This document shows, piece by piece, positions 27,676 through 37,401 of a stretch of 64,000 bases of DNA (position 1 is the stretch's first letter; every line of letters begins with the position of its first letter). The DNA is taken from positions 28,280-92,279 of IMG/VR virus record IMGVR_UViG_3300009285_004753, one strand, 5' to 3'. The stretch comes from a virus. The position numbers were made by a program, and so were the translations under genes. The notes below the pieces were generated by a model. The model made no database searches. It saw nothing but the letters and a program-made list of their open reading frames with translations, and was not told where the DNA came from.

Positions 27676-28668
27676 TCACGATGATGTCTTTTTGGCGTTC
27701 GACCACAAGCGGCTGAACGCGTAGACGTTGGGGCCGGCGGCAGCGGAAGCAAAGCCGGTAATGAACATGTCGTCGGTGAAATCGCCGGGCCTCGGGATCT
27801 GGTTCAACTGCTGGCGGATGACGTCCACGCCGGCGCCGGTGTCCAGATACAGGAAATACCCGCCCAACGCCATCACCTGCTTCAGGTTCTTTATGTAATT
27901 GGCGATGTTCTCCAGAGCGTGTACCAGTGCCTGCGCCTTGGCAAGCAACATCAGTCCCGCCTCTTTCAGCGTGTCTTCCAGATAGGAGTTCTGTACCAGG
28001 TATTCTGCGATCCGGTCGAACTCTCGATCCAACACGGCGGCCATGTCAGGGAACACGTCACGTAACGCCGCGCCTTTCCAGTCCGGCGGACGGGAATGGG
28101 TGACGGCTGGATTGAGTCCGCCTTTGGCAAAGAACGCCATCCGGTCGTACAGTTTCCGCAGGTCGTCTGTGCGGATCAGATCCATCGCAGCGTGAACCAG
28201 GTTCATTATTTCAACGAACGTCGGCGCCGCCGCCATGTAGACACATACGGCAATCGGACCGGTCGTGATCGGACGGCGCGTATCCCCGAGGTCTGTCAAC
28301 GTCCCGGCGATTCGCGACATGAAGTGTGAGTATGTGTGGGGAAACCCCTCTTCGTACAGCCGGTGTCCTGTTCGCAGGTGATACAGGTAGTCGTCGAGAG
28401 CGTAGTCCCACAGCGGCAACAGGTACAGCCCCGTCATCAGGTATTCGTTCTTGATCTGCTGAATCAGCGCCGCAATCGCCGACATGTAGTTGATGCCGCT
28501 TTCAGCCAGGATCACGTTTTGTATTGCGGCCAGCCCGTTTGCTGCGGCTTCAAGCCCGGTGATAATCGGGGACATCGTTTCATCCAGCGCGGTATACGCC
28601 GTGTCCATATCGGCGCCGGCCGCTGTCAGCACGTCGGCAAGTGTACATTTGTTCCAGATTACGGTCAT
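27676..28668 (-). CDS. Hypothetical baseplate-region protein
   Basis: 330 aa, ATGA coupled. Confidence 0.65.
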   Translation of the reverse strand: MTVIWNKCTLADVLTAAGADMDTAYTALDETMSPIITGLEAAANGLAAIQNVILAESGINYMSAIAALIQQIKNEYLMTGLYLLPLWDYALDDYLYHLRTGHRLYEEGFPHTYSHFMSRIAGTLTDLGDTRRPITTGPIAVCVYMAAAPTFVEIMNLVHAAMDLIRTDDLRKLYDRMAFFAKGGLNPAVTHSRPPDWKGAALRDVFPDMAAVLDREFDRIAEYLVQNSYLEDTLKEAGLMLLAKAQALVHALENIANYIKNLKQVMALGGYFLYLDTGAGVDVIRQQLNQIPRPGDFTDDMFITGFASAAAGPNVYAFSRLWSNAKKTSS

Positions 28669-29252
28669 ATCACCGCCATGAGTGCTGCTGTTCCAGCCAA
28701 CGAAGACTGTGCAACCCAGACAGCGATCGCCTCGGACAGCGCGGCAGCCCACGCATTGAGCGTTGCCTGCACCGCAATTGTGGGCGGGATCAATGGCATC
28801 GGCAAGGCGTCTTTACAGCGCGTGTACAGCGTATCACCGGCGTAAGCGGCGGGATTGACAGCAAGCAGAGATAGCATTCCAGAGGGTACACCGCCCGGCG
28901 CCGGTACCGTGCCGGCGAGACCGAAAATGATCTCCTCAAACGTCGTGTACAACCCCACCCCGACGCCGTCTACCAGTGCCTTGACGCCGGGTGTGTAGGT
29001 TGGAAACGGCGGGATGAACACCGAGGACAGCGAACCGAACATGTTCGTTCCGGTAGCGGTACCAAGTGTGACGATGCATCCGGTTATCGGGCCGGGCGGA
29101 CCGACCGGAACGCCGGGAATCGTGATTGATGACTCCAGCATAGACCAGGTGGACGTGATCGCCGAAGCGAGCGAAGAGACAAGTGCCTGCGCTCCGACAG
29201 TAGGGTAGGGCGTCGCTGCTTGTAGCCGGGCGGTGATGTCGGGAGGGATCAT
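28665..29252 (-). CDS. Hypothetical baseplate-region protein
   Basis: 195 aa hydrophobic, Pro/Gly-rich; coupled to the spike gene. Confidence 0.6.
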   Translation of the reverse strand: MIPPDITARLQAATPYPTVGAQALVSSLASAITSTWSMLESSITIPGVPVGPPGPITGCIVTLGTATGTNMFGSLSSVFIPPFPTYTPGVKALVDGVGVGLYTTFEEIIFGLAGTVPAPGGVPSGMLSLLAVNPAAYAGDTLYTRCKDALPMPLIPPTIAVQATLNAWAAALSEAIAVWVAQSSLAGTAALMAVI

Positions 29253-30679
29253 GCCAGCGTATTCGGGTTGGTTCCGTGCACGGCTCCCGTGAACAGGCAG
29301 AACGGGAGGTTGTTGCACGGGACGGTACCGCTATTGAGAATGACCTGTCCAGTCGTCGTGATCTGGACGCTGCCGGCCGGTGTCTGAAGCGTAATGTTGC
29401 CGAGCACGTCTACTTCTACTTTCGACAATAGATTGGCGAGCGTGACGGCACCGGCCATTGTCTTCAGCAACGCGTTACCTGAGAGTAATTGGACGTACCA
29501 TGCATCCGCTACAGTACCGTCGAGCGACAGGTTGCCGACTACCATCCTGTAGGCACCAGCGACAACGGTCGATGCTGCAGCGCCGATCGCCTGAATCAGT
29601 GAACCACCGACGTTCATCGTGCGCGTCGCCAGTACCGTTTCCTTCAACGACCCCTGGTATTCCTGTGTCTCCGCACGTTTGTGCGTCCCCGTGATCTTGC
29701 CGTCCACATCCAGGGCGAAGTCACCGGCCACGCTGAGCGTCACATTACCACCGCGTGACATCGTCAGCGCTGAGCCTGACTGGCTCTGTACCTTGATTGA
29801 ATCATCCCGCCAGGCAGCCAGTTCTACCGTGTTGCCGACAACGTCTTGGATGGTGATCGCGTCGTCGCCCTGCTTGGACGACATCGTGATCGTCTGCTGC
29901 CGGTGCCCGTTGCGGCACTGCGACGTAAGCGTGACGCTTTCGTTCCCCTCGCGGCCGTCGAGCACGACCTCCTGCCCCGAGATGTCTTTCAGACGGATGA
30001 ACGCCCGACCCTCGACCAGCTTGTCATGCCCGACCTGGTCACCCTTGACTGTGTCACGCACGCCGCGTTGCTGAGCGTTGTTCTTGTTCGCTTCGACCGT
30101 CACCGGGCACGACATCTCGATCATCTGCCCCGCACGATCGATGATCCTCAAGAACTCGGCGCCGTCCTTGTCTTCAACGACGATCGTGTGCCCCTTGTAC
30201 GACTTCTTCCAGACCTTCCGCGTCGGGTGTTTGTCATCCGCTGCTTTGCCGTCAAACACGTCCTTGGGTACCGTGCTGCCCTTGGGCGCTTTCCAGGTCT
30301 GCTCCGCCGCCGGTGTGCCGCTGCGGGTCAGCATCTCGATTTCTTCACCCGCAGCGCCGTGCATGCTTCCCAGGACGATAGGGTACCGCATGTCTCCGTC
30401 CCGGCACTCGATCCAGACGTCCTGACCAACGATGTACTCGTGTGACGGTCCATGGTCGTACCCGGCCCCTCCCGGCAAGACGACCTGACACCATGGAAGT
30501 GCGGCGGGGGACGTGTCATTCGGACCACCGTGCAGCACCCATATCCGGATTTGCACGCGGCCAAGCCGCGCCGGGTCATCGACGCTCTCAATCCGCCCTT
30601 CCTGTGGTCCGTACAGCCGTCCCGACTGCCGACGGGCGGCGTTGCGAAGCACCCGATCAATCTGCAGATCGCCCCGCAT
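29249..30679 (-). CDS. Baseplate central spike (T4 gp5 / VgrG OB-fold plus beta-helix)
   Basis: VDDPARLGRVQIRI..LPWCQV..VGQDVWI..GD.RYPIVLG, KSYKGHTIVVED, beta-helix repeats, C-terminal CNNLPFC..H. Confidence 0.88.
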   Translation of the reverse strand: MRGDLQIDRVLRNAARRQSGRLYGPQEGRIESVDDPARLGRVQIRIWVLHGGPNDTSPAALPWCQVVLPGGAGYDHGPSHEYIVGQDVWIECRDGDMRYPIVLGSMHGAAGEEIEMLTRSGTPAAEQTWKAPKGSTVPKDVFDGKAADDKHPTRKVWKKSYKGHTIVVEDKDGAEFLRIIDRAGQMIEMSCPVTVEANKNNAQQRGVRDTVKGDQVGHDKLVEGRAFIRLKDISGQEVVLDGREGNESVTLTSQCRNGHRQQTITMSSKQGDDAITIQDVVGNTVELAAWRDDSIKVQSQSGSALTMSRGGNVTLSVAGDFALDVDGKITGTHKRAETQEYQGSLKETVLATRTMNVGGSLIQAIGAAASTVVAGAYRMVVGNLSLDGTVADAWYVQLLSGNALLKTMAGAVTLANLLSKVEVDVLGNITLQTPAGSVQITTTGQVILNSGTVPCNNLPFCLFTGAVHGTNPNTLA

Positions 30680-31963
30680 CTACTGCCCCTCGATGTCGAT
30701 GGCGCGCTGGTAGTCTACAGAGATACCGTAGTCGCTGGAGAGTGTGTGCGCCGCCTGCATGACGCGGTACAGGCCCGAAGACCAGTGGATGTTGCCGGAC
30801 GGCAGTATAACCTGGACATTGTGCACGTCACCGGCACGGATCGCCAATGTCTCGGGATCGCCGATGAACTCGGCCGTCGCGTTGCCCGTTGCCTCGTAAA
30901 TCTTCAGCCAGGAATAATGCGCTTCCAACTCAGCGACAGCGTCGTTGTTAGTCGGTCCCGATATCATCCAGCGTGTGTGCTTCTCGATCCATGCTAAGCG
31001 GTCTTCGACACTCTCGATGGTCTTCAAGAACGCCAATGAACCGATGTACCCATCCTTTTCTAACTGCGACAAGATCGCCGACGGGAGTATAGCGCCCGCC
31101 CCTCGTTGCCCCCAAGAACCCTTCACTACCGGGTCCACCACCCACTTGCGGTAGGTCTTGGTGTCAGGGTTGAACGTGATCGACACGGCCCCGTTCTGCG
31201 CCAGGTCGGCAAGCGTTTCGGCGGAGAAGCCGGGACGGAAGGACTTCAGCGACGGGTCTTGTCCCGTGAATACGCGGATTGTTCGGGTCGGCGGCAACGT
31301 TTCCCGCGGTCCGAAGTAGACCTCCTTGTCGGACACCGAGATCGACAGAATGTACGGACCGTTGCCCAACTCCGATACTGCCAGCGGGCACATGTACTCG
31401 CGGACGAACGCATGCCACTGCGTGAACACTGGAATCACCCACGCGTCACCGCCCGTTGATAGCGCAGCCGGAATGGGCATTGTCGGAACTACCGTGGCTC
31501 TCTCACACAGCGGATCTCGTTTCGCCAGTTCGGCGACAATGTCAGACAGCCGCGTGTCAAGCGGGAACGAGACGCCCTGTGTGTCTAGCCGCGGTGTAAA
31601 CACGGTGCAGGCGCCGACCAGGTGGATTTTCAGGCCGGCGGGTACGAACTCCGGTAGATACTTCGTGAGGAAGCCTCGCCGCCAGCCTTTCGGCGGGTTC
31701 CACGCGTCCTGATCGGGATACCCGAACCGAAACTGAATCGAGTCCTGATTCCCGTCGGACTTCAACAGGAGCAGGCGGAACAGCAGCAGTTCCAGCTTCT
31801 CGAATTCCGGGTCGATCAGGTCAATCTCGAACGAGTCGGACCCATCGCCCGTCGAGTTGTAGCGAAACATCTGAAGGTACTTCGGCGGTACCGACAATAT
31901 CGGCGTGTCACCGATCTTCAGTTGGACCCAGGGAATGCGAGCGGTATTGTCGTGCGTCGTCAT
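30680..31963 (-). CDS. Baseplate hub protein (gp27 / phage late control D-like)
   Basis: DSFEIDLIDP..IQFRFGY; C-terminal IGDP..IRAGD...WSSGLYRVMQAAHTLS. Confidence 0.75.
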   Translation of the reverse strand: MTTHDNTARIPWVQLKIGDTPILSVPPKYLQMFRYNSTGDGSDSFEIDLIDPEFEKLELLLFRLLLLKSDGNQDSIQFRFGYPDQDAWNPPKGWRRGFLTKYLPEFVPAGLKIHLVGACTVFTPRLDTQGVSFPLDTRLSDIVAELAKRDPLCERATVVPTMPIPAALSTGGDAWVIPVFTQWHAFVREYMCPLAVSELGNGPYILSISVSDKEVYFGPRETLPPTRTIRVFTGQDPSLKSFRPGFSAETLADLAQNGAVSITFNPDTKTYRKWVVDPVVKGSWGQRGAGAILPSAILSQLEKDGYIGSLAFLKTIESVEDRLAWIEKHTRWMISGPTNNDAVAELEAHYSWLKIYEATGNATAEFIGDPETLAIRAGDVHNVQVILPSGNIHWSSGLYRVMQAAHTLSSDYGISVDYQRAIDIEGQ

Positions 31964-32268
31964 GCGATCGCGTTGAGCGCGTTGAGTACTCGGACCTTGG
32001 ACGGAACCAAAACAACCGTATCCGCTGCGGATTCGGCGATCATGTCTTCCATCCCGTTGACCATCGGAATAACCCACTCCAGGAGCGGAGTGCCGTAGAA
32101 AAATGCGGAGATCAAGTCGGGTCGGTGCGCATACCCGTCGGTGATCTTCCACAGTGTATCGGTTGGATCGGCGGTCAGCAGAACCGCAACGGGCCAGTAC
32201 GTGTAGCCTCCGGTAGCGGCGTCATAGTATTTCTCGCGGTGTTGTTCGAGTGACAGGGTTGATGACAT
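31960..32268 (-). CDS. Baseplate wedge gp53 / LysM-like protein
   Basis: HRPDLISAFFYGTPLLEWVIPMVNG signature. Confidence 0.8.
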   Translation of the reverse strand: MSSTLSLEQHREKYYDAATGGYTYWPVAVLLTADPTDTLWKITDGYAHRPDLISAFFYGTPLLEWVIPMVNGMEDMIAESAADTVVLVPSKVRVLNALNAIA

Positions 32269-32786
32269 CAGCCTATCCACCTGATACCGGCAAGGCGCGG
32301 ACCAACAACGCGCATCGTGATTGTCGCTTTGGCGTGGAATGGAGAACCCGTAACCAGGTCATACCCGCCGGTCTCGGCGATCTGGACGTCCACCAGGTAG
32401 CCGGTCCATGACCGTTTCGGCGTACCGGCGTCGAGGGGCGGGCCTTCGATCGCCATCGGCAACATCGAGATCGTGACTTTGTGCGGCGGTGTCGCTATTC
32501 CGCCGTCTGCCGTGGTTTGGTAGTCCGGGTAACACAGTGACTGCAACCAGGCAATGTCTTCAATCACGTTCTGCGGCGTTCTGGTATCCCCCACTTCAAG
32601 CGACGAACAGATCATCGTTTGGAAAGAAACAGTCTGCCCCTCGGTGTGCGAGTATCCGATGTGCGGATCGGATGTACCGCGGACTGCCTCCTCGGGATAT
32701 GTCGCACGGGCGCCGTATGCGGGCTGCTCTTGCATGAGTACGGTAATCGACGCTGCGGTCACCGTATCGAGAACAGTTAATTTCAT
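32268..32786 (-). CDS. Tail tube initiator-like (gp48/gp54/CIS tube) protein
   Basis: WLQSLCYPDY..PPHKVTI; position after the tape measure gene. Confidence 0.6.
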   Translation of the reverse strand: MKLTVLDTVTAASITVLMQEQPAYGARATYPEEAVRGTSDPHIGYSHTEGQTVSFQTMICSSLEVGDTRTPQNVIEDIAWLQSLCYPDYQTTADGGIATPPHKVTISMLPMAIEGPPLDAGTPKRSWTGYLVDVQIAETGGYDLVTGSPFHAKATITMRVVGPRLAGIRWIG

Positions 32787-35641
32787 TCAAGCGCACCCAC
32801 ATACAGGGGAGTTATCCCACCCACGCCGGCGGTTTCAAGCGGTCCGGTGGGATTGGCGGGTTCGCGCCCTTTACCGGGGGGACGCGTTCTGCCGCGGCCG
32901 GCAACCAGTTCTTGCCGGATTGATTCCAGCGCAAGCAGCAGCCTCCGGTCGTCGATGGCGACAACACCGTTGATGGAAGTGGCAAGGCTGGTTGCGCCCA
33001 GGGCGCTCGCTGTAGCGAGGATGCCAGAGGCATAGCCCGAAGGATCGGTACGTGACTTTTCGCTTCCTCCTCCCCACCGGAACCGGCCTAGCGCGGCCCC
33101 GAGGTCTTGGCTTGTCCGGTCCAAATGCCCACGGAGAATAGCGCCACCCGCCATGATGTTCTTTTCTGGGTCCAGCCGGTTCCAGTCGGATGCCCATCCG
33201 AGTTGCTTCGCTGTGGTAGTAGCTTCCTCGGGACTGATCTGGAGCAGGCCCCAGTGCTTACCATTTTTGGCGTTCGGGTTGAACCCGGACTCACGGGCGA
33301 TCCACGCCTTGAATACCTCCGGTTGGATGTTGAACTGTTTGCTGGCAGCGGCGATGAATGGGTCGAACTCGGGGTGCGCTTTGGCGAAACCGGACTGATC
33401 TTTTCCCGCAGCACCAGCCAGTTGTGTACCGACCGTCCACAGGGCAGACAGTCCCGTGCCGAGCGAACTGGTCTTAAAGCCCTCGGCGATCTCATGCGTC
33501 ATGTCGCTAAACGTGCGGGGAATGGTGTCGGTCGCTTTCTTCGTTTCATCGAGCATCGACTGCAGAATCGACTTCCACTTGAAGCCGATCTTTTCCAAGA
33601 ATCCACCGGGCGAAGCTCCTGCCATCTCGACTTTCGCGTCTAACGCAGTACGCGTGATTTTAGCAAATGCGGCATCCGCATCTTTCGTCATCGACAACAT
33701 TGTGGCCTGCCACTTAGCGCCTATCTTATCGGTTAAAGCAGCGGTGTTCCCTTCTGCACTGGTGAACAATCCCCCCATCCAGTCCAGAACAGCGTCCATG
33801 GCGTCCATGTCTTGTGCCAATGGGTTCCCGATCCCCATCACGTTACCCATGACTGGGTTGTCTTTGACCGCCTCTTGCCGGTCTAAGCCGGGTCCGCCGA
33901 AAGCCTTCCTCCAAGCATGCCGTATTTCATTCGGGGACTCGGTCGCCCACCACTCCAGTGCTTGTATGAACTCGTCTATCATAGCAGTGTGCATCCCCTC
34001 GAAAAACCGGAGAAACTTCTCGCCGCCGCGTCCGGATACCCAGTCGGTGAACTGCGTCCAACCCGACTGCAGCCCTTTCCAGACAAGCGCGCCGATGGCG
34101 GTGGATATGTCGAGCCCCGTCTTTAACAGAGCGAGCCAGTCAACTGCTTTCAGTTTCTCGATACCCCACCGGAATGCTGTTGCAATCCACTCGCTCAGCG
34201 GTTCGGCAATCATCTTGAACCGTGTCTCCCAGTCAGCGTCCCAGAAATCTTGGCCCCAAACAACTGCCTGTTCGATCGCCGTGATAACATCGTCGATGAA
34301 CTGAGTAAACATCCCGGCGTTATCATTCAGCCACACGCCGAATGCGCTCATCAACGGGAGTAAATGCCGTTCTATAACAGGAATCAGCTTTTCACCCATG
34401 GAGATCCAGATCAACTTTATCTGCTTCTCCAGAGAGGCGAATGCCTGTGTGATAGCGTCCACGGTCTTACGCGCCGCCCTGCCGTGATCGTCCATCCCCT
34501 TGCCGCCGTGCTTCAGCGACTCACGAACGAACGCCTCGGTTTCTGCCACACCCTTGCGCCCGTACTTCGCCAGTTCAGCGGCGTCAATCCCAAGGGACTC
34601 CGACAGTCGGCTGTACTGCATCTGCCCGCGGGCAGAACTGTAGCTCTCAAACCCGCGGACAGCTTGTCCGATCAAAGACGGAAGTTTCTCCGGGTGCGAC
34701 TGAATCAGGTCTCGAATATCACGTGCCGTCATACCAACCGCCTGCCCCAACTGTGTGACAGCCACCCCTCCCTCGCCGATCTTCATCATCTTTGCCAGCG
34801 CCGGATACACACGGGAGAATGTGATCCCGAAGTTGCTGAGGTGCCCTTCGACCGCCTTGAACTGTATGCCGTAGTTCATTAGGCTATTGTCTGTCTTACC
34901 CGACAACATCAACAGGCTGTCCAACGACTCGTTGAACCCGAGCAATTCTTCATGCGAGATTGCCGTCTTGTCGCCGACGTACTTCATCGCGCTGCCGAAT
35001 CGCTGCAGCCGCTCGTACCCGAGTTGGTAGACCTCGGCGAGTTGGAAGTGGAACTTACCGACTGCTGCGGTGGACGTCCCGGTTGCGCGGGCGAAGATCA
35101 TCGTCTGATCCGTCCACAGCCGCATGTTCTTCGCGGCGTCTGTGTTCCGCTTGGCAAGGATACCGTACTCCAGCCCGAGGCGTGCGACAGCCAACGCCTC
35201 TTCCCTGGTGTACCCGAGGTTCGCCCACCACTTATCGGTGAGCCCGGCAACAACCCCTAACTGCTTGCCCGTCATGTTGAGCGCCTGGTTCAGCAGGAGC
35301 AGTCCTTTGTGGTGCTCCACCGCCGCCTTCACCATCGACACGCCGAACGCTACCGCCGCTACGGCCGCGGCAACCAGCAACCCGCCGACGGACTTCAGCA
35401 GGCCCGCCAAGTTCTTGAACGACTCAATGACTTTGTCGAGGATACCCTTGAAGACGCCTGTCTTCTTCGTCGCGTCCTCGGTGTCCTTGAACCAGCCGGT
35501 CCACATGTCGTGGCCGAGCTTTTTCAACTTGCTGACGCCGTCCATGAACTTGTTCTGGAGTACGTGCAAAGACTGCAAGGGCCGGGAGACCTTGTCCTCC
35601 AATGTCAGCAGCCACTGCAACGGTACTATCTCAGGCTCCAC
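32783..35641 (-). CDS. Tape measure protein with C-terminal lytic transglycosylase (SLT) domain
   Basis: 952 aa helical; ARESGFNPNA..WGLLQI..NIMAGGAIL..ALGRF SLT motifs. Confidence 0.88.
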   Translation of the reverse strand: MEPEIVPLQWLLTLEDKVSRPLQSLHVLQNKFMDGVSKLKKLGHDMWTGWFKDTEDATKKTGVFKGILDKVIESFKNLAGLLKSVGGLLVAAAVAAVAFGVSMVKAAVEHHKGLLLLNQALNMTGKQLGVVAGLTDKWWANLGYTREEALAVARLGLEYGILAKRNTDAAKNMRLWTDQTMIFARATGTSTAAVGKFHFQLAEVYQLGYERLQRFGSAMKYVGDKTAISHEELLGFNESLDSLLMLSGKTDNSLMNYGIQFKAVEGHLSNFGITFSRVYPALAKMMKIGEGGVAVTQLGQAVGMTARDIRDLIQSHPEKLPSLIGQAVRGFESYSSARGQMQYSRLSESLGIDAAELAKYGRKGVAETEAFVRESLKHGGKGMDDHGRAARKTVDAITQAFASLEKQIKLIWISMGEKLIPVIERHLLPLMSAFGVWLNDNAGMFTQFIDDVITAIEQAVVWGQDFWDADWETRFKMIAEPLSEWIATAFRWGIEKLKAVDWLALLKTGLDISTAIGALVWKGLQSGWTQFTDWVSGRGGEKFLRFFEGMHTAMIDEFIQALEWWATESPNEIRHAWRKAFGGPGLDRQEAVKDNPVMGNVMGIGNPLAQDMDAMDAVLDWMGGLFTSAEGNTAALTDKIGAKWQATMLSMTKDADAAFAKITRTALDAKVEMAGASPGGFLEKIGFKWKSILQSMLDETKKATDTIPRTFSDMTHEIAEGFKTSSLGTGLSALWTVGTQLAGAAGKDQSGFAKAHPEFDPFIAAASKQFNIQPEVFKAWIARESGFNPNAKNGKHWGLLQISPEEATTTAKQLGWASDWNRLDPEKNIMAGGAILRGHLDRTSQDLGAALGRFRWGGGSEKSRTDPSGYASGILATASALGATSLATSINGVVAIDDRRLLLALESIRQELVAGRGRTRPPGKGREPANPTGPLETAGVGGITPLYVGALE

Positions 35642-35990
35642 GCCGCATCCTCTTCCGCTTGGCCTGCCGCTCCGCGTCCTTGGCTTCCGCTGCTGCTTTT
35701 TCCGTTGCAGCGCTGGTCTTCTTGGCTTCCGCTGCTACTTTCTGTTCTGCTTGGAACTCTTTCATCGCTTCCCGGTAGAGAAGGGTTGAACTCGGTTCGC
35801 CCGCGGGCGTGTCGCCCTTGGCTTCCGCCCGTTTGAGGAGCACACCGATGATGTGCTTGCGCTCCCATGGCGGCATCTGCATGACGTCACCCCACGGGAT
35901 CTGGCCCTGTCGCTGGAGGTACAGGATTTCAACCAGCAACTCCTCCGGCGGCGGAATCTGTCCCTTGATCAGGTCGTCGAAGAAAGAAGT
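35631..35990 (-). CDS. Tail chaperone frameshift extension (GT-like), no own start codon
   Basis: +1 frame FFDDLIK..ILYLQRQGQIPWGDVMQMPPWERKHII; overlaps the chaperone end. Confidence 0.65.
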   Translation of the reverse strand, partial: TSFFDDLIKGQIPPPEELLVEILYLQRQGQIPWGDVMQMPPWERKHIIGVLLKRAEAKGDTPAGEPSSTLLYREAMKEFQAEQKVAAEAKKTSAATEKAAAEAKDAERQAKRKRMRRGA

Positions 35991-36783
35991 CGCGGCTGAC
36001 CGGCAACGGCATCGGGCCGTTGGGGTAGCCGCACACCTGACACTCGAATTCCTGCTCCAGTTGCACTCCGACGCGAATAGACTCGACGGCGCCACGGTAT
36101 GCCAACAGATCCTGTCCGCGAAGCGCCTGGACGTAGTGCAGTTTGTCGCTGAACGTCGGCTCCGCTTCGTTGATCGTCTTCAGCCGCAGCGCCAACCTGT
36201 ACTCATACTCGGGGTCGCCGATGATCTCCGGCTTCAGTTTCCGCCGCATCTGTTCGGCGTATTTGGCGATCTTCAGTTCGTCGTGCCCCGTCAACAGGCG
36301 CCACGTGAGTACGTCGCCCGCCTTGACCGGAGCGTTCGAGTGCTCTCCGGGAATTGTAACCGTGAGTTTGTCTGCGTCTTCCGGTGTGAGCAGAAGAACG
36401 GGAAACCCGATCGGCTCGCTGCCGTCATCGGGCACAGCATCCGGGTCCGGCGGTTTCATCGAGACTGTGTTGTTCGACTTCTCGCCGCACTCCGTACACT
36501 TGAACGAGAACCTGTACGCCGGCCCCCAGGACAAGATGCGCAGTACCCACATGAACCAGAACCGCTCGGGGATCGTGAACCCGAGGGGGTCGAACCCCTT
36601 GGGGAGATTCGTGCAGCATCCCTGGATCAGCCTGTTGGTCTTGACGTCCTGCCTGAGACTTTCGGCAGAGAAGAACTTCTCTTCGGTGGTGCCCATCGGC
36701 ACCAGGTTGACAGTACCGTCGGGGAATGCATCAGGATACAGAATCCCGCACGGCAGTTTTTCAGTGGTTCCATAGCCGGCCAT
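35929..36783 (-). CDS. Tail assembly chaperone / T4 gp26-like baseplate hub assembly protein
   Basis: LPCGILYP..PMGTTEEK..LRILSWG..FKCTEC..RLLTG.DE..ECQVC; lies between tube and tape measure. Confidence 0.82.
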   Translation of the reverse strand: MAGYGTTEKLPCGILYPDAFPDGTVNLVPMGTTEEKFFSAESLRQDVKTNRLIQGCCTNLPKGFDPLGFTIPERFWFMWVLRILSWGPAYRFSFKCTECGEKSNNTVSMKPPDPDAVPDDGSEPIGFPVLLLTPEDADKLTVTIPGEHSNAPVKAGDVLTWRLLTGHDELKIAKYAEQMRRKLKPEIIGDPEYEYRLALRLKTINEAEPTFSDKLHYVQALRGQDLLAYRGAVESIRVGVQLEQEFECQVCGYPNGPMPLPVSRDFFLRRPDQGTDSAAGGVAG

Positions 36784-36856
36784 TCTTGACTCCTCGTCTC
36801 AAAGAGACTGTTGACGTGAAACTATCGACCGGAGCGGGAGATCCCCGCTCAAATGA

Positions 36857-37369
36857 CTAGGTGAGATCCCACAGCGCCTTGTCCACGCACAGCGAGATAT
36901 CCATGTCCAGCGGGTTCTGCGAGTCCATGGTGAGCGCCGTCGGCGGTTCGCCGGTAGGCCAGATACCCTGCAGCCCGCAGACACGTTCGTTTGAACTTCC
37001 GTCGGGGGCAAACAGCAGGATTTCTCCGACTTTCTTGTAATCGGAACACAGCCCCTTCTTTCCGGTGTACGGGTCGTATACCTTCCAGTACCACTTCAGG
37101 AGGCATTTGCGGACATCCTTGTCCACCATATCACGACATTTCAGCGGCATATCTTCCAGCGTTACACCGCCGGAGACCTTCCTGAAAGAGTTCCCCCAGT
37201 TGATCACGACGCCTTCCGTCTTGTGTCCCGGAATCGTAATGTTGCGGAGAGCGAGCATGACGAAGTCGAAGTCGGGGGACAGGCCCGTGATGCTCAGGTA
37301 GAAGTTGTTCTCGCGCTGCGGCTCGTACCCGTTGCCGGATGCCAGGTGATCTGCGTCTACTTTCGCCAT
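36857..37369 (-). CDS. Tail tube protein (gp19-like)
   Basis: EPQRENNF, NSFRKVSG, WYWKVYDPYTG..YKKVG..APDG, GIWPT. Confidence 0.9.
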   Translation of the reverse strand: MAKVDADHLASGNGYEPQRENNFYLSITGLSPDFDFVMLALRNITIPGHKTEGVVINWGNSFRKVSGGVTLEDMPLKCRDMVDKDVRKCLLKWYWKVYDPYTGKKGLCSDYKKVGEILLFAPDGSSNERVCGLQGIWPTGEPPTALTMDSQNPLDMDISLCVDKALWDLT

Positions 37370-37401
37370 GTGATTCTCCTATTGACGTGTTGCGGGTTGG
37401 C

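Noticed and set aside
36834-36850. Rho-independent terminator after the tube gene
   Set aside because: The hairpin GAGCGGG/CCCGCTC is real but has no downstream U-tract on the coding strand.
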